This document shows positions 38,600 through 48,763 of a stretch of 64,000 nucleotides of DNA, piece by piece. Below the pieces are notes generated by a model. It made no database searches and was not told where the DNA came from. It worked only from the letters and a program-made list of their open reading frames with translations. How positions within the stretch are numbered: position 1 is the stretch's first letter; each line of letters starts with the position of its first letter. A program made the position numbers and the translations under genes. This DNA is from Malacoraja senta (Eukaryota), in assembly GCA_038087875.1 (NCBI GenBank), contig JAXLNO010003819.1, positions 310,001 through 374,000 on the forward strand. Direction: 5' to 3'.

Positions 38600-39095
38600 C
38601 TGTCAATAGACAGTAGACAATAGACAATAGGTGCAGGAGTAGGCCATTCGAGCCAGCACCGCCATTCAATGTTATCATGGCTTGTCATCCACAATCAGTA
38701 CCCCGTTCCTGCCTTCTCCCCATATCCCCTGACTCCGCTGTGTTTAAGAGCCCTATCTAGCTCTCTCTTGAAAGTATCCAGAGAACCTGCCTCCACCGCC
38801 CTCTGAGGCAGAGAATTCCACAGACTCTCAACTCTCTGTGAGAAAAAGTGTTTCCTCGTCTCCGTTCTAAATGGCTTACCCCTTACACTTAAACCGTGGC
38901 CCATGGTTCTGGACTCCCCCAACATCGGGAACGTGTTTCCTGCCTCTAACGTGTCCAAACCCTTAACAATCTTATATGTTTCCATAAGATCCCCTCTCAT
39001 CCTTCTAAACTCCAGAGTGTACAAGCCCGGCCGCTCCATTCTCTCGGCATATGACAGTCCCGCCATCCCGGGAATTAACCTTGTAAACCTACGCT
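38600..39095 (-). mobile_element. CR1-clade LINE 3' fragment
   Basis: RRFTRLIPGMAGLSYAERM..RRMRGDL peptide. Confidence 0.88.
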
Positions 39096-39578
39096 GCAGA
39101 TAGATATCCTTGTATATAAGTTCGCATAGACAAAACCACCGACAGTAAAACACATAGCACCGGGGTGCTCAGCAGGTCGCGTAGCATCCGGGAAGGGAAT
39201 GGCGACGTTTGGAGTCGGGACCCTTCGTTGGTCTGATTGTGGGCTATTGATCCTAAACATCGCCTATCTATTTTCCTCTACAGATGAAGCCTGAGCTACT
39301 AAGCTTCTCCGCTACTTTCAATGCTGCTCAACATTTCAACATCCGTCAGTTTCACCGTCGAAAGAAGGTCAACTCTGGGGAGAACTCGTGTAGGCAGCAG
39401 GAAAGTATGGAAAAGGGCTGCATACAGGAGTGATGTTATAAACAACGGTTTATTGTGCCAGGTACAACAATATAGCAACGGGACAAGCAGAGACAAATAT
39501 AGACCGTGACGTTATGAAGATAAACGGGGAAAATGTGCATTGAACACGAGTGATTGCCGCATTACGTGCAGAGGTGAG

Positions 39579-39861
39579 TCAAGTCAAGTCAAGTCAAGTC
39601 ACATTTATTTATATAGCACATTTAAAAAACAGCTCTCGTTGGCCAAAGTGCTTTACATTTATTATAAGAATAGCACAAACAAAACAAACTACACACATAT
39701 ATACATGTAGCGCTCACTCAGAGGACGTCATGAAAGGCTTGGGAGTATAGCTAAGTCTTTAGTCTTGACTTAAAAGAGTCGATGGAGGGGGCAGTTCTGA
39801 TGGGAAAGGGGATGCTGTTCCACAGTCTAGGGGCTGCAACCGCAAAGGCGCGGTCGCCTTT
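39579..39861 (-). mobile_element. L2-clade LINE 3' fragment with GGTGAG TSD
   Basis: Minus-strand GDRAFAVAAPRLWNSIP motif, (GACTT)n tail, TSD 39573-39578 and 39862-39867; empty site at ~18393. Confidence 0.8.
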
Positions 39862-40618
39862 GGTGAGGGTGCACAGCATTCACTCGGGGGACACGCAGTC
39901 CTTCGCGGAGGTTTGGAAGATACTCATTGGAACTGTGGCGAGTTTGGAGGATTCCAAAGAATTGTATCTCCCCGTTGTCCCCATTCAAGGAGCAAAGCCG
40001 CGCTGGTCCAAATGGAGCATTTATATGTCCAACGTTCTTTCACTCTATCCCCCAGTCCCTAAGTGCACACACGGAGACATGTACAGTCTTTTCTTTGACC
40101 GCTTAGCACGCAAACAAAACGTTTTATTTTTACAATTTCTCATTATACGTGAGATTAATAAACTAATCTAAACCAAACTAAACTAAGCTAAACTAAACTA
40201 AAATAAACCAAACTAAACTAAACTAAACTAAACTAAACTTAACGTAACTGAACTGAATTGACCTCAACTAAACGAAATGAAACCAAACTAAACTGAATTG
40301 ACCTAAGCTAAACTAAACTGAACTTAATGAAACTCACAGACATGATTTAGGCGCCGTTCGATGCACAATGACTTTCAGGAATATACGTGTCGTTACGTTT
40401 GCTCATCATATAATACCGAGCTCCTTGGGTAACACTATTTTGCTTTTATTTCTTCAGATTTTCCCTTATAAGTGCAGTGTCTCCAGCGCAGCTGTTCCGT
40501 CACCAGATAGAACCCACCCCGCTTCACCGCTATTGGAGAGCCAACGGAGACACGGGTACAACAACGAGGGAGCGCTCTGTTTGCCGACGGCACATCAACA
40601 ACTCAGCTGACAGACACC

Positions 40619-41084
40619 ATGTGGTTCCTCATTATCTGGATGTCGTGGGGAACATTTTTGATAAGTAACAGTGACACACATGCATTTATTTTCTCTTTTG
40701 CTTGTGAAACACGGTATGAATCTCAGACTTTAAATCTCGCAGGTCTGATCATTTTTTTCCATTTGGATCTATTTTTACAGATCACGGCCGTGCAGATTCC
40801 GTCACTCAGTCGCCGCCATTAGCAGTGAAGACAGAAGGAGAAGCAGTGACGTTGGAATGCACATACAAAACCCCGGGTGCCTACAGGATATACTGGTATC
40901 GACAGATGCCTGGCTCAGAGCCCGAGTACACTTTACGGAAAGACAGCGATGGCGATGAATGGAAAGCGGAGTTTGCTAAAAGTCGTTTCTCAGTCGAACT
41001 CCGCACCGGGAGTAAATTCATCAGTTTGACCATCTCAGATCTGGAGCTGAGCGACTCTGCAGTTTATTACTGCACGTTGAGCCG
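40619..41084 (+). CDS. TCR alpha/delta V segment V8 (family II), apparently functional: leader 40619-40664, V exon 40781-41084
   Basis: Leader MWFLIIWMSWGTFLI with GT donor; open V exon ending YYCTLSR. Confidence 0.93.
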
Positions 41085-41122
41085 CACAGTGATGGGAATC
41101 AGTATACACCCGTACAGAAACA
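41085..41122 (+). other. RSS of V8 (22-bp spacer)
   Basis: CACAGTG 41085-41091, 22 bp, ACAGAAACA 41114-41122. Confidence 0.88.
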
Positions 41123-43360
41123 CCAGGCGCCTCGTGGCTCTGGTTGGACTCCAATGCAAGCCTCATACGGGTTCCTGTTCGCGGTTTCCTGTCATTCTGA
41201 GAATTGTTTCCAAAGTCGTTTTTGGTACGATTTACGCAGGTGCGCCGGTGGCTAGCTTCCTATTCGCTGAGATCTGTCAACCCTGTGTCTCTTCCTTCCG
41301 TTAGTGGTCCCTGTTCTTTTCTATTCTTTGCTCCGTCTCTCTCTCTCCCGTTACAACAGCATCGAAATGAAAGTCTCGCAGCTTCCCAGCTTCTCAGTAA
41401 ACGCGGTATTAGGAATGTTCCTTGTTCAATTCGGATTCCGAAATTCTTTACTCAAAATCTCCCATGAGTTGTGATAATTTCCCGCCGATTACGATGATCA
41501 CAACGCCATTAATACGATAATTTAGTCCAGGCTGCTAAACAGGGTTTGTCCAGTGCTCCGAAAGCGCCAGAGACACGGATGTGAACCTGACCTCGCCGTT
41601 GTCGGTGCGTAGTTTGCACGTTCTCCTGTTCGTTCAAATAGATCGTAATATATCGGATAGTTGCAGAATATCTTACTCAGAATAGGGGAAGCAAGAACCC
41701 GCGGACATGGGTATAAGGTGGAGGGAGGCGGGTTGTGGGGGTTAATAGGAACGTGAGGGGTAACTTTTTCGACACATCGGTGGCGGTGTATCGACACATC
41801 GGTAGCTACCGGAGGAGGCAGTTAAGGCAGGGACTATCGCAACGTTGAAGAAACATTTAGACAAGGACATGGATTGGACAGGTTTAGAGGGATATGGTCA
41901 ACACGCAGGCAGACGGGTGTACTAAATGCTGGAGTAACTCAGCGGGACAGGCAGCATTTCTGGAGAGAAGGAATGGATGACGTTTCGGGTCGAGACCCTT
42001 CTTCAGACGTCCTCAGATGGGGCATGTTGGTCGTCGTGGGCAATTTTGGCCGAAGGACCTGTTTCCATGGTGTATGACTTCATGACTCCATAATTAATTT
42101 ATTCTTCAATCCCCGACACCATTTATTGATTGGTGTTAAGTTACAACATGAAAACAGGCCCTTCAGTCAACTTAGTGCCCGTCGACCATCACTCACCCGT
42201 TCACATTAGTTCTTACTTTCGCATTTGCTCCCTACGCATGAAGGCCAATTGACCTACAATCTCGCACGACATTCGAGATATGGGGGGAAACCGGGGGAAA
42301 GATAAACGGTCGCATGGATAACCTGCAGACTCCACATAGCCAGCACCTCAGGTGAAAAATACCGGAACGCTTCACCACTGTGCCATGGTAGAGGGTTGAG
42401 GCGTAATAGGGAAATGGGGCATCAACGTTTGTAATACAATTTAGTTCATTCGAAAAATTAATTTAATTTAGTTTAGTTTAGAGATACAACGCAGAAACAG
42501 ATCCCTCGGCCCACCGAGACCGCACCAACCAGCGACGCCCCACACATTAACATTATTCAACACACACTAGGGACAAATTACACTTACACCAAGCCAATTA
42601 ACCTACATAACTGTACGCCACAGATCTCGGTGAAAACCCACGAGGCCCCTGTGAGAACCTACAAACTCCGTACATACAGCAACCGTAGACGGGTCGATCC
42701 CGTGTCTCCGGCGCTGCAAGTGCTGTAAGGCAGCAACTCTACTGCTGCGCCACCGTGGCCGATCGGAATTTAATTTGGTTGGATTCGAATGGTGGTCAGG
42801 ATAAATAATTCACGCGAATGCTTTGCGATTTGTGAGCACACCGTGAATGTTGGTATATGAACATAACGCATTTTCGCGGAGAATAATAAAGATAGGCACC
42901 AAGTCAAAAAAGATTTCCACACGCTAAAAAAACCCTCAACATAACAAAATAGCATTCCACTCCTTGAATGAACAGTGATCTGGTAAATGTTTGATGAAGC
43001 GAAGAGTGGATCTCATCATTGAATCTGGAGATGAACAACCAACAAAATAATTTGAAGCAATTTGAAGTGTGACACATCGTTGTTAATGTAGAGGTGCGTC
43101 TTGGCGTTCAAATCTTCATCTCAATCTCGGATTCATTGCTTTTCTCACAACATCTCCTCTGTGCCATTGGCGACCACATATCGCCACCTACTCGTGCCTT
43201 GGCCGTTATATCCTTTCATCCCCTTAACATTCTTTTAATATTATTATCAGTGGCATTAGTTTTATGTATGTTGTAAGATAATTCATTGAATTATTTGAGA
43301 ACATCTTCTCACTGTTATTTTGAAGAGCGCGCGCAGTTGTGGAAATCTTTGGCGACTTGA

Positions 43361-45148
43361 CAGGAAGCTGGGGGCAGTGTTAGCTGTGAGGGGGTTGCTA
43401 GGAGGCTGCAAGGTGACTTGGTAGGCTGGTTGAGTGGGCAAATGGATGGCAGATGCAGTATTATTTGGATAAATGAGAGGTTATCCCCTTTGGTGGCAAG
43501 AACAGGAAAGTAGACTATTATCTGAATGGTGGCCGATTAGGAAAAGGGGAGATGCAACGAGACCTGGGTGTCTTGCTACACCAGTCATTGAAAGTAGGCA
43601 TGCAGGTGCAGCAGGCAGTGAAGACATCGAATTGTATGTTAGCATTCATAGCAAAAGGATTTGAATATAGGAGCAGGGAGGTTCTACTGCAGTTGTACGG
43701 GGCCTTGGTGAGACCACACCTGGAATATTGCGTACAGTTTCGGTCGCCTAATCTGAGGAAAGACATTCATGCCATAGAGGGAGTACAGAGAAGGTTCACC
43801 AGACTGATTCCTGGGATGGCAGGACTTCCATATGAAGAAAGACTGGATAGACTCGGCATGTATTCGCTAGAATTTAGAAGATTGAGGGGGGATCTTATAG
43901 AAACTTACTACATTCATAAGGGGTTGGACAGGCTAGATGCAGGAAGATTATCCCCGATGATGGGGAAGTCCGGAACAAGGGGCCACAGTTTAAAGATAAG
44001 GGGAATGTATTTTATGACCGAGATGAGAAACATTTTTTTTCACACAGAGAGTGGTGAATCTGTGGAATTCTCTGCACAGAAAGGAAGTAAAGTAAAGTAA
44101 AGTAAATTTATTTATATAACACTTTTCAATCAATTTCAATCAAAGAAGCCAAAGTGCTTTACAGAGAAAATATCCATTTAAATGAAAAAAAAAGAAGTAG
44201 ATAAAAAGAGGTAGAAAAAAAGACACAACACACTATAAGAGATTCAACACGAACATCCCCCCACAGCAGAGTCGACACTCTCCACTGCGAGGGAAAGGCA
44301 CCAAAATGTCCATTCCTCCTCCTCTTCCCCCTAGTCCACCCGTGGTCGGGGCCAGTTTGAGGCCTCCGCAGCCAGTCGCCGCAACGGCAGCCCGATGTTG
44401 TATGCCCACCTGCCGGGAAGCTGGAACACCGGCATCGGGTGGAAAGTCCTCAGCAGCTTGGTAGTGTCTGGAGCGGCCGCTCCCTCCCCGGAGACTGCGA
44501 CGCCCGTAGTCGTCAGGCCGCGCCGGTTGGAGCTCCGACTCTGACTCCGCCGTGTTTTCGACCCAGCGGGATGCCTTCAGACCGCAGACCGCAACTCCTC
44601 GATGTTGGTGGTCGGCGGTCACAGCACTCCGGAGTGGCGACCCGGCAAGGCATCGCCCGCTCCTTGTTGGTGTCCCAGCGCTGTGCCGCCCAAGCTGTGG
44701 TCCCGGCAGGAAGCGCTGCTCCAGCACGATGGAAGGCCGCATGGGGAGAGCGAAAATGAGATTTGGAGGAAAACCGCATCTCCGACCAGGTAGAACCGGG
44801 GTTAAAATAGTTTCACCCCCACCCACCCACCCCCCACATAGAAATAATAGACCTCCAAAAAAAAGTTATAGAAAACAAAAAGGGTTAGAGGACGGATTGC
44901 AGGCAGGCGCCCGTACAAACGGCGCCCACTCCTGCACATCCGCCATCTTGAAGTAGTTGAGGCCAGTATATTTAAGAGGGAGTTAGATGTGGCCCTTGTG
45001 GCTAAAGGGATCACGGGGTATGTAGAGAAGGCTGATACTGAATTGGGTGATCAGCCATGATCATATTGAATGGCGCTGCAGGCGCGAAGGGTCGAATGGC
45101 CTACTCCTGCCATTTCGATTTCTATTTCTATGTTTCTATGTTTCTATG
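43361..45148 (+). mobile_element. 5'-truncated CR1-clade LINE with (TTTCTATG)n tail, interrupted by a nested insertion
   Basis: ORF 43552-44100 (RDLGV, LVRPHLEYC, RRLRGDLIE); TTGA at both ends; flanks rejoin relative to the paralog at ~21945. Confidence 0.88.
44090..44949 (-). mobile_element. About 860-bp non-autonomous retroposon nested in the CR1
   Basis: GAAGTA at 44084-44089 and 44950-44955; 5' end CAAGATGGCG, GC-rich body, (TTTAC)n tail. Confidence 0.7.
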
Positions 45149-46669
45149 TTGATGCCTATCTTCATCATTCTCTTAGAAAATTAATGTTACCGATATTCAC
45201 CCGACGTGGTTCATCCCAAGCTCTGCTTCACTGATTACTGTATTCAGATAAAATATACCGTACGTCCAACAGTAGCAGTGCCACCAAGTTCGACTCTGTA
45301 GATCTGTGATTAGTCGGAGTATTTGGCAAATAAGCTTGCAGTGTAGTTACCCGATTGACCAACTAACCTGGATACACGCCTGTGTACACTGTAATTGACG
45401 ATCCATTCCATCTCTAACAATAAAATACCAGGTTATTATGCCGATCACTTATTTACGCAGCTGAGTTCAGGCAGATCAATAACATTCGAACATTTTAAGA
45501 CACGCCAAGACTTTCCAGAAACATATCCACTTTAAGGAAGACATTTTATGTAGCAATATGTATTTATTTGAAATAAAGATTTTTTTCATCTAGCTTCTTT
45601 CGCTTTCATATGTAGAAATTAGGACCGTGCGAAGCGTTTATTCCGTATATCTAACCCGTTCTATCAGAACAGCCTTCCAGTCCATTCTTGAAAGCAATCA
45701 TAAATTGATCCAATTCCGTGTAAATCAGGTCAAACCTTATTTATTCCAGGGAATAGAACACGGTTGACAATTTCGCAATGCGTTGTTCATTTTCTGGTTT
45801 CCTTATGATGCAGTAGATATTACATTTACCTTGTGCTGTGGAGATGGAAGCAACTTAGTAATTGAGTCAGACAGCGCGAAAGTGGTCCGTCTATTCCGTC
45901 CAGCCTCTTTTGATCATCAACCTCTCATGCACACCGGTCTATTTCCATCTCAGTACATTCCCATCAACTGCATGCCTTCGCGTATTCCACACACACACCC
46001 TCGGTTTCAGCCACTCACCCGCACACGTGGAGCAACTTACATTGGCCAATAGACTAACTGCCACACGGCTCCTTGACGTGGGTGGACACCGGAGTCTCCG
46101 GAAGAAACGCACGCGGTCCCACATGAAGTGCAAGGTCCATACAGTTGACAACGGAGGTCAGGACAGAACACAGGTTGTTGGCTCTCTTATGAAGCTGATG
46201 GATTGCTGCGCCGGCCTGTTGCACTGGACAATTATCAGTTACATTTAATAATCTGATACGCACAACGAGTTTCTCGCCGCGGGCCTCACTCTGCAACATA
46301 CAGCAGGAGATAACACGATATGTCCTGCATATTGTGTTAAACAAATATCGTGCATATCGTGTTAAACAAATACCTATACCATATCCCAAAATATCATATG
46401 TAAGCCCGATCCCTCGATAAACGGTGCATCCAAGTTCATAAGTTATAAGAACAGAATTAGGCCAATCGACCGATTCAACCATGACTGATCTCTCTTTCCC
46501 TCTTAACCACATTATCTTGCTTTCTCCCCAAAACCCCTGACACACGTACTAATCAAGAACCTGTCTATCTCCACATCAGAAATATCCATTGACCGCCTCC
46601 ACAAACATTTGTGGCAATGAATTCCATAGATTCATCACACTCCGAAGAAATAAATTCCTCCTCATAACC

Positions 46670-47240
46670 TTTCTTTTTTATTATTTTTTTAAATATTTTT
46701 ATTTTATTAGAAGTAAGTACAATTGTATACAATCATATTTTCATAATACCTTTTATGTACAGCTTCTTATTTAAATTTTTTTTTGTAATAAAGAAGAAAA
46801 AGAAAAAAGTTAGATAATGAAAAATAGAAAAATGTGAGATATATAGTGTGTGAAAAATAAAAATAAAGAGTGAAAAAGGAAAGTTGAGACATAGAAAATA
46901 GAAGAAAGAGAATAAAAGAAGAGAAGAGAAGAAAAGAAAATAGAAGTAAGGAGATCATTTATAATCTTGACCATCCGCAGTCACGGATTAGCTTTTACAC
47001 CTGTATTGCACCATACGTTTCCAAAAAGACGACAAATGGAGACTAACTCGTTATGAATTGGTCAAATTTATCTATTAGGAGGAATCGCATTTCCTCAAGA
47101 TGTGCGGTGTCCAACATACTTGCAATCCACATTTTGAGCGTTGGTATTGGTGTATTTTTCCAAAATTTCAATATTAATTTTTTTACTATTATTAAACCAT
47201 AATTAAAAATTACCTCATAACCTTTCTAAAGGCACCTTTC
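46670..47240 (-). mobile_element. L1/Tx1-clade LINE 3' end
   Basis: Minus-strand KKLILKFWKNTPIPTLKMWIASMLDTAHLEEMRF peptide, then a pyrimidine-rich 3' UTR and A-rich tail. Confidence 0.7.
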
Positions 47241-47796
47241 TAGAACCTTTAATCTGAGACTATGGCTATAATTTTACAAGCGACATTATGAAAATGTTTT
47301 AAATAATTATGGATCACTGTCAGATATATTCTGACTGGACTAAAGTCCCGATTAGCTCCAAGATCAGTATCTATCAGGATGCAAGATATGTGAGCGGGGT
47401 TTTGACACCGTCGTGCCCATGTCTTAAAGAGAGGAGCAGTGATCAAGCTTCAGGAAGTGTCACCCCACCGTGGCTATGCCACAATCTCCACTCACTCCTC
47501 CTGCAAGGAAGTGGGAGTGTCAGTGTCCGTGGGCAAGTCCACATCACGAATCCCCCACTCACCACTGCGCTTGAGAATTACGGAGGCGGGGCTCCAACCA
47601 AACGGCATACAATGCAGCGGAAACGAAAGGGAATGACACCGAATTAGACACACAAGCTTAGTCGCGCAACACACAGGCACACATCCACAAGTTGTCAACT
47701 CAACAACAGACTATGTTAATGAACGCCATGTCCTTAGTTGTCTCAGACCAGATTTGAGCGAGAAACCCGGTTTTATCTGCAGCAAAAGTTACCAAC

Positions 47797-48330
47797 ATGT
47801 TGACAAATCAACAATCGGTTCCGAGCAACCGAGCGAAGAGTATCATTTTTGCTTTGTCTCTGTATGTCTCCTGGTCTGGTGAGTTTTAGTTGAAACACAC
47901 TGGCGCCCTTTACATTTGTTATCATTCCACCAGAATCTCTACCGGAATAATCAGCGGTTTCAGGGTTTAAGCATCGTTCTGCACCTTCCTCTGACGACGC
48001 AATGAACCATCCCGTCTCTCTGTTTAATTTGCAGGTACGTTCAGTCAGCAAGTTCTACAAAGACCGCCTGCGATAAGTCGGATGGAGTGCCAGTCTGTTA
48101 GTATCACCTGTCGCTTCACTGATGACGCTGCCGTGGGGTACAAATTGGAGCGCTGGCTTGTCTTCAGGAGAGCCGAATCCGACACAAACCGGCAGTTGGT
48201 GTTACCCGGCGGGCGATTTATCGCGGCCACTAGTGCGACAGAAAACCTATTTACTCTCAAAATTCTGCTTTTGAGAATTGAAGACAGCGCCATCTATCAC
48301 TGCAAGGCCCAGTACAGGGACTGGAGCACA
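47797..48330 (+). CDS. NAR-TCR V (IgNAR-like membrane-distal V domain): leader 47797-47878, V exon 48035-48330
   Basis: Leader MLTNQQSVPSNRAKSIIFALSLYVSWSG ends G|GTGAGT; acceptor TTTGCAG; V exon QQVLQRPPAISRMECQSVSITC..LPGGRF..IEDSAIYHCKAQYRDWST. Cys-Cys distance is 64 aa versus 72 in V1 (short CDR2 region). The extra FR1 Cys in ECQ and the GGRF motif are NAR-type hallmarks. Confidence 0.85.
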
Positions 48331-48368
48331 CACTGTGACGGATCTGCCACTTTTGCTTCACAAAAACA
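48331..48368 (+). other. RSS 3' of NAR-TCR V (22-bp spacer)
   Basis: CACTGTG 48331-48337, 22 bp, ACAAAAACA 48360-48368; alternative reading CACACTG at 48329 with a 24-bp spacer. Confidence 0.8.
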
Positions 48369-48669
48369 CCCAGTGCTTGACAGGAAATTAATGGGCTTGA
48401 CTTGGAACTTAATCCACCGCCATAGTCCATGCCTCGCGCTTATTCCCTCCAATTGTTTTTTTCCTATAAGGCTAAAGGACGTTGCAGTTCAAATGTTGGA
48501 GGATTGCTTTGCGCGGGATTCGACATCGAAGGGGATTGCAAACAACAGCTGTTGAACAGGAACTAAGCATATAATTTCCCTACTTCCGACACGAGACAGG
48601 ACGTTGCTCCAAAGACTGGAACCGGGATTCCTGGTCTACACCGTTCAACCAATGTCGGCCGAGCTGCAA

Positions 48670-48697
48670 GGATTTTGTGCTGATTGTAAGCAGTGTG
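48670..48697 (-). other. 12-RSS 5' of NAR-TCR J
   Basis: GGATTTTGT 48670-48678, 12 bp, CAGTGTG 48691-48697. Confidence 0.85.
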
Positions 48698-48763
48698 TGT
48701 CTGCCTGGGGAGAGAAATCTGAGTATGTGGATGGAACCGGAACCGAGGTGACTGTGACATCTG
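48698..48763 (+). CDS. NAR-TCR J segment
   Basis: Encodes SAWGEKSEYVDGTGTEVTVTS, with an IgNAR-like DGxGT in place of FGxG; followed by phase-1 donor G|GTAAGT. Confidence 0.87.

Larger units (their letters stand above)
1..45833. repeat. Tandem segmental array of four ~11-kb units (A 1-~11140, B ~11140-22602, A' 22603-~33730, B' ~33730-~45833)
   Basis: Base 1 matches 22603 (offset 22602); the same gene order recurs four times; homology stops at ~45833. Confidence 0.93.

Noticed and set aside
44233-44956. GC-rich ORFs of 100-197 aa on both strands
   Set aside because: No recognisable domain; lie within a retroposon bounded by a TSD
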